Source: Felis catus (taxonomy: Eukaryota). From it: DNA of 64,000 nucleotides. The notes under the pieces are model-generated. The model saw only the letters and a program-made list of their open reading frames with translations. It had not been told where the DNA came from and searched no databases. A program made the translations under genes and the position numbers. Of this stretch, positions 63,880 to 64,000 are shown one piece after another. The stretch is taken from assembly GCF_018350175.1 (NCBI RefSeq), contig NC_058368.1, positions 236,718,001 to 236,782,000 of the forward strand, written 5' to 3'. Each line of letters starts with the position of its first letter. Positions within the stretch are counted from its first letter, which is position 1.

Positions 63880-64000
63880 GGTTGCCCTGCAGCAGGATTC
63901 CTGCAGAGTCGTCCCAGGAGGCTTTTCTTTCCAGGAAGCAACTTTATTCCTGCCGGCACTGCTCAGTTGGGTTCGCACCCAAAGAACTGAGCCCCGGAAG
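63880..64000 (-). mobile_element. 3' end (R/U5) of an ERV LTR, truncated by the window edge
   Basis: Minus strand reads GGGGCTCAGTTCTTTGGGTGCGAACCCAACTGAGC..GCCGGCAGG-AATAAA-GTTGC...GCAAC, an R-region hairpin plus poly(A) signal typical of class I ERV LTRs. Confidence 0.6.

Noticed and set aside
1..64000. CRISPR array, prokaryotic operon or defence system, true tRNA genes
   Set aside because: The sequence is mammalian; there is no repeat-spacer array, and the A/B-box-like motifs I saw belong to SINE heads

Overview
Mammalian, repeat-rich, apparently non-coding (intronic or intergenic) DNA from a cat-family (Felidae) genome. The taxonomic call rests on about 26 tRNA-derived Can-SINE (SINEC) copies, several matching the young felid SINEC_Fc type with target-site duplications (TSDs). 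The window also holds decayed L1/HAL1, L2, CR1 and MIR remnants, solo LTRs (MLT1/MaLR, MLT2/ERVL, and a truncated ERV LTR at the right edge), two probable hAT-type DNA transposon relics and several microsatellites. I recognise no protein-coding gene, RNA gene or CRISPR array. The ORF track is explained by chance ORFs in GC-rich DNA and by SINE/L1 read-through. I found no convincing novel biological system. The best leads are modest: a SINE-in-SINE insertion with an apparent 3' transduced tag, closely spaced inverted SINE pairs, a well-formed 26-nt microexon candidate, and several repeat-free, motif-dense blocks that look like developmental enhancers. Repeat family names come from recalled consensus sequences, and boundaries of old elements are approximate.
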